NCBI RefSeq assembly: GCF_026210795.1
Contig: NC_089429.1
Location: 496,001-560,000 of the forward strand
Length of the DNA: 64,000 bases
Direction: 5' to 3'
DNA from: Rhizophagus irregularis
Taxonomy: Eukaryota
Shown: in pieces, positions 13,152 to 25,796 of the stretch
Layout of the letters: each line of letters starts with the position of its first letter
Position numbering within the stretch: the stretch's first letter is position 1
Program-made: the position numbers and the translations under genes
The notes under the pieces: generated by a model
Seen by the model: the letters and a program-made list of their open reading frames with translations, nothing else
Told to the model about the DNA's origin: nothing
Databases searched by the model: none

Positions 13152-15010
13152 TTTTTTTTTATAGGAAAAGTTTTTTAAATATGTTTTTTTTTTCCTTTAT
13201 TAAATACGTTTTATTATTAATTTGGAAATAACGATTTTTTTTTTTTAAGGAAAACAAATAGAATAAAGAAAAAGAAAAAGAAGAAAAAGAAGAAAATGGA
13301 AAAATGATTTATTAAATATTTTTTTTTTTTTTGCAAGAAAAAAAAAATATTAACGAAAATTTCTTCTGATTTCGATGTATATATAAATTTTTTTTTTTTT
13401 ATTTATTTATTTATTTATTTATTTTATTAAAAAATTAATTTATTTTGTTTTTAATTTTATTTTATTTTTATTTTTATTTTTTATTTGAGTCCTTATTATT
13501 AAATCAAAAACCAGTCGTAAATCGATACATAACAATTCCATTGTATAAATTATTTTAGCCCTTGTATTTTAAGTAATAATATCATAAGATAGTCAACTAG
13601 TATATATCCTCGGATTTCTATATTTTAAACAACAATAATAAAAAAAAATTAGACGGAAATAAGCGGAGTAAAACAATATTTTACAAACCCAAAATAGTAT
13701 AAATGGAAAGTGTATCCCCCTTAATGATTAACCAGGGTTCCAAAGATTAAGGTTTAGGATGTAAAAGATTGATGGTGCTTATTGGTCACAGTGCCCATTT
13801 CTTTCATGTATAATGTAAACAAATTATTTATTTTTGAGTAACGGGGAATAAACAAAAAAAAACAATGATTTTTAGATCTTTGGTAATAAATGAATTTTTG
13901 TTTTGTTTCATTAATGCTGTGTTGCATGCAGACAATGGACGCTTCTTTCAAAAAAGATTTTTTGATGTATGATGTATGATGATATTATGATAACATGAAA
14001 TAATAATTTGTAATCCTTTTGAAACAATACCAACGTATCTTTTACCCGGTTATCTGTATTCCATTATAATACAATCCATTTTATTCATTTGTATTATTCC
14101 CAATTTTCTATTTTCTGGATAAAATCTACTTCTTAAATCAAAAAATTCTTTTTATAATAAATTTTGTGATTATAAATATTATTATTATTATTATTTATTA
14201 TTATTATTAATGAAATTTATAGAACAGGAAATTAGGATATCATAGAAAAAAATGTTGGAATTTCCGAAAAGTTACCCCGGTGTGTGTTAAATAATCTGCG
14301 AACCAATAGAAACAATCTTATTATGTATAAAGTTTTGTACGACCATATTTTAAAACCGCCTTATGAAAAAAAAGATTTTAGATTTGTTATTTATAAAGTT
14401 TCTATGAGTTTAATTAAAGATTAACCCATTTCTTATCTATTTGGTCGGTTTCCAATTATATCAGTAACATCCGGTTTTTTTTTTTTATGAATGAATGTAT
14501 ATTTGGAAACTATTTGTTTGAATTTGAAACAATAGAAATTTAATAATTTCGGCCAATAAATTGAAATATTTGATGTATGGTAGAATGGTAGAATGAACCT
14601 AATTGATGTACGTAACAAGCGGTTGATTTTTTATGATTTTTTGGTTGCACCCTTTTTTCTTTCTATTTTTTTTTTTTTTATTATTATTTATTTATTTATA
14701 CTTTTTATTATATTTTTTACTTTTTTATATTTTTTTATACTTTTTTACTTTTTTATACTTTTTTATACTTTTTTATACTTTTTATATACTCTTTTTTGTC
14801 TTTTCCCGTTATTTTCACAATATTTCACATTTTAATATTAAAATTAGATGAGTTAAATGAATCTGATGATCATGATTTGAAATATCTGATATATATAATA
14901 TCAGCTTTTTTTTAAAAAAAAAAAATTTTTTTTTTCAAAACTTTCAAATTATTTTATTTCAATAAAAATACATAAAAATACATAAAATAATAAAAATACA
15001 ATTTTAAATC
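13152..15010. promoter_or_regulatory. Shared intergenic (putative bidirectional promoter) region of the divergent P450 pair
   Basis: 1.86 kb between two head-to-head ATGs, no credible ORF; contains a (TTTTTTATAC)n low-complexity tract at ~14690-14790. Confidence 0.5.
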
Positions 15011-17547
15011 ATGTTTTTGATCATATTCTTTACTGTACTTTTAATTATTATTATTCATTATGTTTATAATTTTAATAAAATACCGAAAGAATCTGAAAAT
15101 ATTCCGTATGTTTCCGGATTACCATTAATGTGGGCATTGATAAGACAAAAGCCTCATGATGAAGTTGAAGAAATTATGTCAAAAACATCAGGAGACCATG
15201 AAATATATTTGGTAGAACAAGTTTTAACCTTTTTTTTCCTCATGAAAAAAAAAATTATATTTATGATTTTTATGTCGTGAACTATCGTAACTGTCGTGGT
15301 CTAGCCACAAAATTAGCCGCACGCGCAGTATTTTCTTAAACTTTATTTATTTTTTTGTTAGACTCGATTTGGTCCATTTAAGCAAATTAATTTTGTAAGT
15401 CCCGAATGTGTAAAAGATTTACTAATGGCATCAGGTAATGTGATGAAGTTCAAAGATTTACATAGAGTAAAACCAAAATTTTAAAACTATAACGATCTTG
15501 ATTAGAGGATGTCGCACCAAAAATTGAATTTCATCCTGGGAGCGTTTTCTATGATTTTTTTGGGAAGGGATTACCATTTTCTAATGGTGACGTATGTATA
15601 ATATAAAATTTTAATATACTCATTTTAATATTGACCACTTGACTTGACCACTTATCCACTTATCCACTTATCCACTTATCCACTTGACCACCAATTCCAC
15701 TTGACCACTTATCCACTTGACTTAGTTATGGAAAACCTATAGAAAATTAGCAACTCCTGCATTTAATAGCGCATTACGTACTGATATGATTGGTGAAACT
15801 ACTATGGAACTTTTCACGTTTATGGAAAAGAATTTAAGTGGACCGACCGATATTTTTATTTTATTGCAACGTATTACGATTGAAATATTGGGAAAAATGG
15901 CCTTCGGTCATCAATTTAATGTAAGTCAATTTTTTTTTTTATGTCGATTTGTATCTCCATGAATCATGATGGGTCCTTACAAATCCCGAATGTCAAAAAG
16001 CTGTCATTAAGCATAATCCCGATTCTGGATTTTGAGTTTCGAGATTTCGTGTCGGACTCCCTTCCATTATCAGGGAAATCATGGAAATAATTTTTGATCT
16101 TCTATCTTTTAGTGTTTGAAATCACTTGAAATTCCTCATATGATAAATGTTTATAAATATATTATTTCATTCGTTGAATCTCCTCTTCGTATTATATTTC
16201 CATTCATAAATAAATTACCTTTGGAATCAAATAAAAAATTCCTTGCCGCTATTAAAGAATTTGATAATTTTATTTATGAAATTATAGAAAAGAAGAAGGA
16301 TGAAATGAATAATAATAAAATTAATAATAAAGAAAATAGTAATGATTTATTAACTAAAATGTTAGAATATAGTAAACAAGAAGGAATTAATACTGATAAC
16401 AAACAATTAAGGGATGAGATGGTAAATAATTTCGTAGCGGGTCATGACAGTAAGTTGAATTTTAACAATTGGGTTGTAGTAATTTTTTAGTAATCGTAGT
16501 AATTGGGTTGTAGTAATTAAATTGTAACATTTTGGTCTTTTTTAATAGCCACGGCGGTTGCATTAACTGTATCACTTTATTATCTTGCAAAATATCCCGT
16601 AAGTCGATAATTATATATATATATATTGTATGATTTTGGGATAATATTATTTTTTATTTTGAATAGGAAATACAAGAAAGAGCTAGATCGGAAGTAATTA
16701 ATATACTTGGGGATAAATTAACTATACCAACTTCAGAACAATTAAAAGTAAGTACCCTTGAAATAATACCATAAGTATTCATATTTCGGTACATCTTCCG
16801 GACGGTTTAAACAATTTCCAGACATCTTCTAATATTCTCATTGCAATTTCCGAACACTCAATCTTTTTTTTAGAAAATGAATTACGTTAATGCAATTATT
16901 AAGGAATCTTTACGAATTCATCCACCAACTACATTAATAAATCTTCGAAAACCATCAAAACCGATTAAAGTTGGATCTTACGTTGTACCTAAAGATAACT
17001 TGTGTATCGCGAATATATGGCAAATCCATCATAATCCTAAATACTGGGAAAATCCAAATCAATACAATCCCGATAGGTTTTTGATAAATGAAAAAAGACA
17101 TCCATTTTCCTGGATCCCATTTTCTGCTGGGCATAGGAACTGGTACGTATTGTTTTTCAGTGTCACCATAAACATTATGGAGAGGTCAGATTGTGACTTT
17201 ATTTATTTATTTATTTATTTATTTTAATTACTTGATTTATTTATTTATTTATTTATTCTTAGCATTGGACAAAATTTTTCTTTAATGGAACAACGAGTTA
17301 TACTTTCCATGTTTTGTAAGTTCATTTTATTTATTATTAAAATATAATGTCTTTAACAAATATATTTTTATTATCAATTATATGATAATGTTATATCAAT
17401 TTTTTTAATTTAGTACTCAAGTACGAATGGACACTTCCAAAAGATAGTATTAACAAAGAAAAGTTGATATTAGAATCTCAATTTTTATTACGACCAGTTA
17501 ATATTGAACTTTTATTTACTGAAAAGGAATTTGTTTACCAAAATTAA
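15011..17547 (+). CDS. Cytochrome P450, 10 exons, ~492 aa
   Basis: GT-AG exons 15011-15211, 15362-15434, 15506-15591, 15726-15920, 16113-16449, 16549-16598, 16667-16747, 16874-17142, 17263-17315, 17414-17547 splice in frame. WKTYR, AGHDTT, ESLR, PDRF, heme motif FSAGHRNCIG. Confidence 0.93.
15971..16061. mobile_element. Internally deleted MITE remnant in P450 intron 4 (same family as 32600-32732)
   Basis: GGGTCCTTACAAATCCCGAATGTCAAAA matches the left end of 32600-32732; CATTAAGCATAAT is the reverse complement of its core ATTATGCTTAATG. Confidence 0.6.
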
Positions 17548-18467
17548 CTAAAAATTTTTTTAAACTTTTTTTTTATTTTTTTTATTATTTTTTTTTTTTG
17601 TGTTCCCTATTGTAAATTTCTTAATTAATTACGGGACGATAGTTTAATTTTTTTTTCTTTAATAAACAAATTATTTATCATGATATTATATTTATTACGC
17701 AATAATTGTTATTAAATATTATTGTTGTTATAATCATTATAATCATTATAAAAAAAACGTTATATGCGTTATATGAAATTTCATCTGTTTATTTGGCGTG
17801 TGAAAATACCAAAATAAGTTTTAAAAAAAAAAAGTTTTAAAAATTTTGAAACATGATAAACATAAAGCTTGAAGTTTAAATTTGTGTTATGAATCATATG
17901 TAAACTTTGTTAGCAATAAATAAATAAAATCGATAGATAGATTGGATCAATGATTCTTTACAAAGAATTTTTACACAAAAAAAAAAAAATATTAAGGGAT
18001 AAAACCCCATTTATATTCTTTGATATTTTTTTGATAATTTTGATTTGATGGATGACATATATGTAAGGTAACCAAAAGGTAACCAAAAGGTAACCAAAGG
18101 TAACTTTTAAATGTATTACATAATTGCATAAATGTCAGGGGTTAAAAGAAGTCGGAGAATTTCATCCAATGATCATCATTCTTTTTTTTTTAAAAAAAAA
18201 AAGCAAATGATTTCGATTACAAGTATTTTTCGCCACGATGACCCATGATTGTGATCTTTATAATACACAAAAAAAATTATTTTGAATCTAACGAATTTTG
18301 TCTAGTAATTAATAAAAATTAATATAAACAAACGAGTGAATTCATAATTTATTACATGAAAATAATAAATATACTTGCTTTTTTATTTATTGTCTCCTTG
18401 AATCTTGTTTTAAACTTTTTATATGTTTCAACTTTCGTATAATATATTTATATAAATATATTATTGA

Positions 18468-18690
18468 TAGGGAAATTGTTATTTAGGAAATTATTATCAA
18501 TGAGAAATATTATCAATGAGAATTATTTATCGATGAGAAATATTATCGATGGGAAATATTATCGATGAGAAATATTATCGATGAGAAATATTTATCGATG
18601 AGAAATATTATCGATGAGAAATTAATTATTGATGATCAATGAGAAATATTATCTATGAGAAATATGGGAAATATTATCAATGAGAAATAC
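18468..18690. repeat. Minisatellite, ~16-bp unit GAGAAATATTATCGAT
   Basis: About a dozen imperfect copies, decaying into related TGTCGA/CGATGA motifs up to ~18860. Confidence 0.85.
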
Positions 18691-20310
18691 TTTACTGTAT
18701 TACCGAAGAATTAAATTATCGATAAAGAAAATATTTATTGATGTAAAATATTTGTCGAGAAATATTATTGAATTATGTCTTGTCGATGAGAAGTATTGTC
18801 GATTAAAAAAAATATTATTTTCGGTGAAAAGATTTGTCAATGAAAAAAAAATATTATTTGATGATGATTTGATTTCTATTTTTATTTGATTAAGAAATAA
18901 TTAATAATTAATGATGAAATAATTAATAATAATTAATGATTCATTGGTAGATATAAAAAAATAATTTCTCTCATTTTATTTTTACAGTTTCGTTTTATCA
19001 TTCGTTCACCTTTCATAATCATTATTAATTAAAATATATTGTGTTTATTAAAATTTCCTAGTAATTTTTTTTAAAAAGGTATTTCCGGGAATTCCCTTTT
19101 TTATATAAGTCTTGTAATACGATAAATAATGTGTAGTGTCATCATAATTTGTGTAAAATGTACAAAATAAAAAAATAAAAAAAATAATATTCAATGTAAT
19201 TTAATTTTTTTTTTAATGTATTTATGAATTTTGGGTAATAATAAATCACTTTCTTTCTTTTTTTTTTAAAATAGAATATATACTGTATTATAAATAAATA
19301 AATATATATCTAAAATAAAAAAAAATTATTTATTTTATTTATTTATTTTTATTTTTATTTTTATTTTATTTTTAACCCATGTTTAAACAATAAAAACAAT
19401 CGTATTGTATAATTATCATGTTATTGTATAATTCATTTTAATCATCATAAAGAACAGAAACACGTAATTTTGTTAAAAGTATCAGGTATTTATTTATTTA
19501 TTTATTTATTTTTTTTTTAAAAAAAAAAATATGAAAATGATGAAATTTATTGAAAAATAATTACTTTGGTGAGAAAGGTTATAACTTATAAGAACAAAAT
19601 TTGTAGTATCTAAATCTTTCTTGTTTAGTAAAGTATTTAATTTTTACGAAATATGACAGTCGCGGTAAGTTTCTAAAAGTATAATCGAGAGATTTTGCTT
19701 TTAACTTCTTCTTCTAAAAGGAACAGCAGCGTAAATTATTTTTTTAAAAGTATTTTTCAACGTAAATTATTTTCTTTTTTTTAAAGTATTTTTTTTTTTA
19801 AAAAAAAAAAATAAACATAAAAAAAATAAAAAGATTTTTGGTCTTTTGAACAAATAAATTTTAGTTTTTCATATTATTGTATCCTGACTTTGTAATTTAA
19901 AATATCAGACTTCCCAAGAGATATATGCCAAAGTTCGGAAATGGTTTTGAAAATGGCGTCATGTGATACATTGTCTCATTTCTTGACACTTTTAATTTCC
20001 CATTATGTTTTCGTTGCCAAGCATTATACCTACTATTATACTGCGGCATAAGTCATCTGATAAGAAAATAAGATTGTTGAAAAATTGGGGTTACTAGAAA
20101 AAATATATTACCTCAGGAATTGATCGGCTAACTGAATATTTTTTTTTTCTAACTAATTCTTAATTATTTAATTTATTTAGTACATTCAGGTACGTTATAC
20201 GACTTATACGTTGAATAATTATGAAATATCGTAATATTGATTAATTAATATCTGATATTAATAATAATATTTTTATTATTAAAAATGAATCTTTTTTATA
20301 TAGTATTTGT

Positions 20311-21079
20311 CACCTCCCATGGTCCTGTGGTCCCTGTCTGAGAAAGAAACAATTATAGTGAAATGAACATCCTATGATCCCTGTGGTCCCTGTCTGAGAA
20401 AGAAACAATTGTAGGTGAAATGAACCTCCTATGGTCCCTGTTGTCCCTGTCGGTGAAATGACTGTCGATGAAACAAATTGTCGGTAAAATGACTGTCGAT
20501 GAAATTGTAGGTGAAATGAACCTCCTATGATCCCTGTGGTCCCTGTCGGTGAAATGACTGTCGATGAAACAAATTGTCGGTAAAATGACTGTCGATGAAA
20601 TTGTAGGTGAATGAACCTCCTATGATTCCCTGCGATCCTGTCTGAGAAAGAAACAATTGTAGGTCAAATGAACCTCCTATGTCCCTGCGATCCCCTGTCG
20701 GAGAAAGAAACAATTGTAGGTGAAATGAACCTCCTACGATCCCCGTGATCCCCTGTCTGAGAAAGAAACAATTGTAGGTGAAATGAACCTCCTACGGTCC
20801 CTGTGATCCCTGTCCTGGAAAGAAACAATTGTAGGTGAAACGAACCTCCTACGATCCCCCTGCGATCCCCGTCTGAGAAAGAAACAATTGTAGTGAAACG
20901 AACCTCCTATCTATCGTGAAATGACTGTCGATAAAACAAATTGTCGGTAAAATGACTGTCGATGAAACAATTATAGGTGAAATGTCCGTCGATGAAACAA
21001 TTGTAGGTGAAATGTCCGTCGATGATAGAATTGTAGGTGAAATGTCCGTCGATGATAGAATTGTCGGGGATAATCCTCC
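20311..21079. repeat. Hierarchical minisatellite (~58-60 bp and ~30 bp units), probably an expanded TIR/subterminal array of a Mutator-like element
   Basis: About 9 copies of AACCTCCTATGATCCCTGTGGTCCCTGTCTGAGAAAGAAACAATTGTAGGTGAAATG with GTCGATGAAA subunits, then 30-bp TTGTAGGTGAAATGTCCGTCGATGA units ending in TGTCGGGGATAATCCTCC, which resembles the right end of 21138-21731. Confidence 0.8.
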
Positions 21080-21137
21080 GTAATAACTGTGTCAGTAAGA
21101 CGATTTTCAGCCTTTTTAGTTATTTTAGTTATTTTAA

Positions 21138-21731
21138 GGAGGGGTTAGGTATATTAAACCGACAATCATTTCACTGACAATTATTTGATCGACGGGTACA
21201 TTAATTATACCAATAATCAATTACCGACAAATATTAGTCATTTATTATGCTATCTATAAAAAATGGGGTATTTGTAATTTATATGTTATATTCTTATAAA
21301 TATCTAATAAAGAAAGCGCGTATATCTATTAAATAATAAACAAATAAGGTATCATCCGAATACGAAAGGAAAGAGTTAAGAAAAAAATTGTTGTTGACCG
21401 CGTACGAAATAATACAATTTCCTGTTGTACTAATTAAATTATGAAAGTAAGTATTTTTTGCATTGTGTTATACATTTCATTTTGTGAAATATTAAATACT
21501 AAGTTAACATTGACGTAATTTACATTTGTCATCTGATATCAAAATTTTGTACGTGATTTTGAATTTTCTTAATTGGTAATTGTCTTATGCTTTAGATTGC
21601 TTGTCATTTCAAGAAAAAAAAAAACAATTCAACATTTACAAAAAAGAAATAAATATTTTTGTCGGTACAAATTCGGTATAATGTACAGTACCTTCGATTA
21701 AATGATTGTCGGTAAAAATCTCTCCCGCTCC
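21138..21731. mobile_element. Degenerate Mutator-like MITE
   Basis: Left GGAGGGGTTAGG...ACCGACAATCATTT versus right AAATGATTGTCGGT...CTCCCGCTCC; flanks TATTTTAA / TGTTTTAG are an imperfect duplication. Confidence 0.5.
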
Positions 21732-21970
21732 TGTTTTAGTAATATTCTTGCCAAGCGTCGTATATTCGAAAATGGTATGCATAAAATACTGCAGGATAAT
21801 ATTAATATCATCCATCAATGTTTATGGACCAACAAAAAAGCAGGGTTAGGAAGTGAGGATTATCAAAAGGCGACTGAAGCGGTATTTAGATATGTTAAGG
21901 AAAGGTTTAACGGATATGAAGGAAAATTGGTGTGTTAAACATTCAGGAGGAGGTTCGATTTTTCTTATTA

Positions 21971-22565
21971 CAGTCAACTCTCTATAAATGCACCCCTTGG
22001 GACCAGGTATAAGAGTGCATTTATAGAGGGTGTACAATTATAGAATACATGTAAATCTATATGATATTAATCTAACATTAAGGTAATACAAAAATTTTAT
22101 AAGTAAACTATATAAATTTTTTTTTATAAAGGGTGCATTACAGAATATGTATATATAAAAACCATGCATTTAGCATTAAGGCTCAAGTTGGGACTAGATA
22201 AAAGGTGCATTTATAGAGAGTGTGCATTTATAGAGGATGTGCATTTATAGAGGGTGTGCATCAGGGACGATGATTTTTTGTGATCACAGAATTTCACAGA
22301 AAATCACAAAATTTGGCTATAAAATGTTGATAATTTTCAAGTTTTTGGCCTGATTTAGGATTTGAAATTATTATAATTCCGGCAGACACTAAATTTGGCC
22401 AGAATTTACGAATCGTAATGTTGGCCAACCTTGCATAATTCTGGCCAAATCACAAAATTTCACAAAATTTACCTTTATCACACACAAAATTTACTTTATA
22501 CCGCCGCAAAAAATCATCGTCCCTGGTGTGCATTTATAGAGGGTGCATTTATAGAGAGTTGACTG
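21971..22565. mobile_element. Tc1/mariner(pogo)-like MITE
   Basis: Perfect 25-bp TIR CAGTCAACTCTCTATAAATGCACCC, TA on both sides, internal GTGCATTTATAGAG repeats. Confidence 0.9.
22262..22525. mobile_element. hAT-type MITE nested in the Tc1-like MITE
   Basis: Perfect 19-bp TIR CAGGGACGATGATTTTTTG and perfect 8-bp TSD GTGTGCAT (22254-22261, 22526-22533). Confidence 0.92.
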
Positions 22566-23243
22566 TATACAGTAAATGGTTTTTAACTCACCTGGTCTAA
22601 CGGAAGTACGGAACTATCTCTTTTTTTTAAATTAGCTCATAAATTTTTGATACAATCTTCTTCGTAGCCAACAACAAGAAATTAATAATCATAAAGCTGT
22701 TTATGAAGGCGTATTTATGTGGGAACCATGCAATTTATAAAATTTTACCCGAAAGAAATAAACATCCCTGATAGTGTCAATTAATGCGTCAACTATTGTG
22801 AAACTTTCATTAATGATTTAATAAAAATAATACCTAATCTGATATGTTCTAATTGTCCAAAGTACCCTTAGAGAAACCTCAAATCTTTGGTTATCTGTTT
22901 TATTTTTCTAATTAATTTTATAGGTATTTATTCGTTTCAAGGGTAACAAGACTTTGCATTATAAACATGCAGTACAATTAAATATCCTCCCTTCTTTCAA
23001 GTTTTAACTCCTTGATTAATTTCGTCTACAATTTTGAAAATGAAAAATGAAAAAAAACCAATATTTATTTATTTATTTAGATATATTTTTTTTCGTATCT
23101 TGAACTTTTTATTTGCGAGTTTATTTATTTTTATTACAAAAATATTCGATCACGATTTTAATTCTATATCACGTTGCGTGTAATGGCCAATGAAATTTAG
23201 GACCAGGTGTAACACGTAAAAAATAAAACGCAGCAGAGACAGT

Positions 23244-25640
23244 TAGGGATGGGGGTTAATTAACCACGGTTAATTAACCATGGTTAATTAACCGTTAATT
23301 TTGTTAGTTATGATTGATTTAAAATGGTTAATTAACCGTTATTTATAATTAGCCAATCAAAATGCAGAATTTAAATCATGTGATTAAATGATAATCCATT
23401 ATTTTGTTACACAATTAAATATTAATTAATATAAATATTGATTAAATCTATGATCTACATATTGCATGATCTTTTTTTTAAGATAAATTTTTTTTAAAAA
23501 AACACTTTTTTTTGCAAATTTATTGTTCATTATCATGGTAAAAAAAAAGGGAACTGTTTGGAAACATTGGACAATAATTACTGAAGCAGAAAGTAATGAA
23601 GAAAGTAGTAGGTCTAAGAAAAAAACACATCCTTCTGTACGTTGTAATTATTGTTCTAAAGTTTTTGAACAAGGTACAGCTAAAAGAATGCAAGTTCATC
23701 TTAATGATAGTTGTCCTAGAGCTCCAGAAAGTGCAAAAACAAAGAAACAACAAATTCCTGAACTATTAGAAACTTCTGATGCTACTACTTCTACTTTTAT
23801 TCCTACAGTAAAAACATCAAAAAAGCATTTAAAAAATACAACAATTGAGAATTTTGTTGATCGTATGAGTGAAGAAGAACAAGATACTCTTGAAATTTTA
23901 CTAGCTCAAGCATTATTTGCTGCTGGAGTTCCTTTTTCTTTTCTTGAAAATAATTATGTTATTCAGTTTTTTCAACAATTACGTCCAGCATTCAAATTAC
24001 CTAATCGAAGAAAACTTGCTGATGAATTACTTGATGATGTTTTTGATGAAGTTAAAGCTGAATGTAATGAACAAATTTTACAAGCTAAATCTCTTACAAT
24101 GGTTTCAGATGGTTGGTCTAATATTAATCGAGAATCAGTTCAAAATTTTGTTATTTGTACTCCAAAACCATTATTCTTTGATGCTATTTATTCTGGTGAA
24201 GAATCTCATACAGCTAAATGGGTTGCAGATGAAATTATTAAACAAATGGAAATTGTTGGTATTAATAAATTTTCAGCAGTTATTACAGATACAGCTAGTG
24301 TAATGAAAGCAGCTTGGCGAATTATTGAAGATAGTTATCCAAGTATTGTTTGTTTAGGATGTAATTCTCATGTAATGAATCTTTTAATTAGTGATATTTT
24401 AAAGATTGATCAAATTAAATCTGTTGTTGAAAATGCAAAAAAGTTGGTCAATTATTTTAAGGCACATGTACAGGCAACAGCTAAATTGAAACGTATTCAA
24501 AAAGAAAATTATTCTAAAGAAATTGCATTGGTTTTACCAGCACTTACAAGATGGGGAACACATCTTGCTTGTTTTCAATCACTTCAAAATTCAAGAACAG
24601 CACTTGAACAGGCTTTAATGGATATAAGAATTCGTCAAAATATGGATTTAACTTTAAGAGCTCATATTTTATCAGATGAGTTTTGGGAAGATTTAGATAT
24701 AATAACAAAAATTATGGAACCAATGGTTTCAGCATTAAAGTTATTTGAATCAGATATTTCAATTCTTTCAAATGTTTATTCATATTTCAAAGAAGTAATG
24801 AATCAAATTAATCAAATAGATTGTAATTTTTCTGATAAACTTCAAGAACTTATTGCAAAGCGATGGGAATATACTTATCATCCTATTATGATAACAGCTT
24901 ATATGTTAGATCCACAATTTTTGGAAAAAAGTAAAAATGATGAAGTTGAATCTATTGGTTATGTAGAATTTACAACATTTGTAAATAAAAGATTTAATCA
25001 GGAAGAAGCAGTAGAATTATTTGCTGAATTGGTAAATTTTCGTAATAAAAATTCACCTTATGATAATGAAATTATTTGGAAATCTGCTAATATTCTTAAT
25101 TCATCTTTATGGTGGCAATCATGGCCAACTAGTAAACTTCAACAACTGGCTATTAAAATTCTCTCAATTCCTACATCTTCTGCAGCTGCAGAAAGAAATT
25201 TTTCTACTTTTGGTTTTATTCATAATAAAATTCGAAATAGATTGAAAAATGAACGTGTTAAAAAATTAGTTTATATTTATGGAAATCTTCGAATGTGTAA
25301 TAGACTTGTAAAAATACAAAAAAAGAAACAGATTAGTAATTTTAATGAAAATGAAGAAGATAGTAATAATAGTTCTGATAATGAAAATAAAGAAGATGAT
25401 AATAATAATAGTTCTGATAATGATAGTATATTTGGATTTGAAGCAAATGTTATTAATTTAGATGATGAAGAATAAATAAAATATATTAAAATTTTATAAT
25501 ATTTAATAAATTATAAATTTATTTTAACTTCCTTAAAATTATATATACAGGTTATTTATGGGTTAATTAACCGTTAACTAACCGTTAATTAACCGGTTAA
25601 TTAACCAAATTCATAACTAACGGTTATTTTACCAACCCTA
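23244..25640 (+). mobile_element. Full-length hAT DNA transposon (~2.4 kb)
   Basis: Termini TAGGGATGG / CCAACCCTA; subterminal GGTTAATTAACC palindromes at both ends; encloses a transposase ORF. TSD imperfect (agcagAGACagt vs agcagagt). Confidence 0.88.
23535..25475 (+). CDS. hAT transposase (BED zinc finger, DDE RNase H fold, C-terminal dimerisation domain), ~646 aa
   Basis: VWKHW...CNYC...HL..C BED finger; SDGW, ITD, CNSH (CxxH), TRW, WW and PTSSAAAERNFS motifs. First ATG is at 23535 (the ORF track starts at an upstream TTG). Confidence 0.93.
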   Translation: MVKKKGTVWKHWTIITEAESNEESSRSKKKTHPSVRCNYCSKVFEQGTAKRMQVHLNDSCPRAPESAKTKKQQIPELLETSDATTSTFIPTVKTSKKHLKNTTIENFVDRMSEEEQDTLEILLAQALFAAGVPFSFLENNYVIQFFQQLRPAFKLPNRRKLADELLDDVFDEVKAECNEQILQAKSLTMVSDGWSNINRESVQNFVICTPKPLFFDAIYSGEESHTAKWVADEIIKQMEIVGINKFSAVITDTASVMKAAWRIIEDSYPSIVCLGCNSHVMNLLISDILKIDQIKSVVENAKKLVNYFKAHVQATAKLKRIQKENYSKEIALVLPALTRWGTHLACFQSLQNSRTALEQALMDIRIRQNMDLTLRAHILSDEFWEDLDIITKIMEPMVSALKLFESDISILSNVYSYFKEVMNQINQIDCNFSDKLQELIAKRWEYTYHPIMITAYMLDPQFLEKSKNDEVESIGYVEFTTFVNKRFNQEEAVELFAELVNFRNKNSPYDNEIIWKSANILNSSLWWQSWPTSKLQQLAIKILSIPTSSAAAERNFSTFGFIHNKIRNRLKNERVKKLVYIYGNLRMCNRLVKIQKKKQISNFNENEEDSNNSSDNENKEDDNNNSSDNDSIFGFEANVINLDDEE

Positions 25641-25645
25641 AGCAG

Positions 25646-25796
25646 AGTATTGCTAAATATCACCGCTGGTGACTGTCAACTTACCAGAATTAGGGTAGAA
25701 ATTTGGGCAGAATTAAAAATGTCATGAAACCCTGCCCGTTAATATTTGCTAATGCTGGTGCAGTGAGAATCACCTGCGATGAGATTTAGCAATGCC
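25646..25796. mobile_element. Small degenerate MITE abutting the hAT right end
   Basis: ~40-bp imperfect inverted repeat: GTATTGCTAAATATCACCGCTGGTGACT... versus ...AATCACCTGCGATGAGATTTAGCAATGC. Confidence 0.55.

Noticed and set aside
14593..14851. Two Phe/Tyr/Leu-rich ORFs
   Set aside because: Translation of a T-rich low-complexity tract.
20311..21079. CRISPR-like array or hammerhead ribozyme repeats (CTGAGA...GAAAC)
   Set aside because: Units are contiguous with no unique spacers, no cas genes, eukaryotic context; no CUGANGA core or stem II.
23520..25245. Small ORFs overlapping the transposase (23520-23753, 23917-24303, 25060-25245)
   Set aside because: Alternative-frame shadows without motifs.
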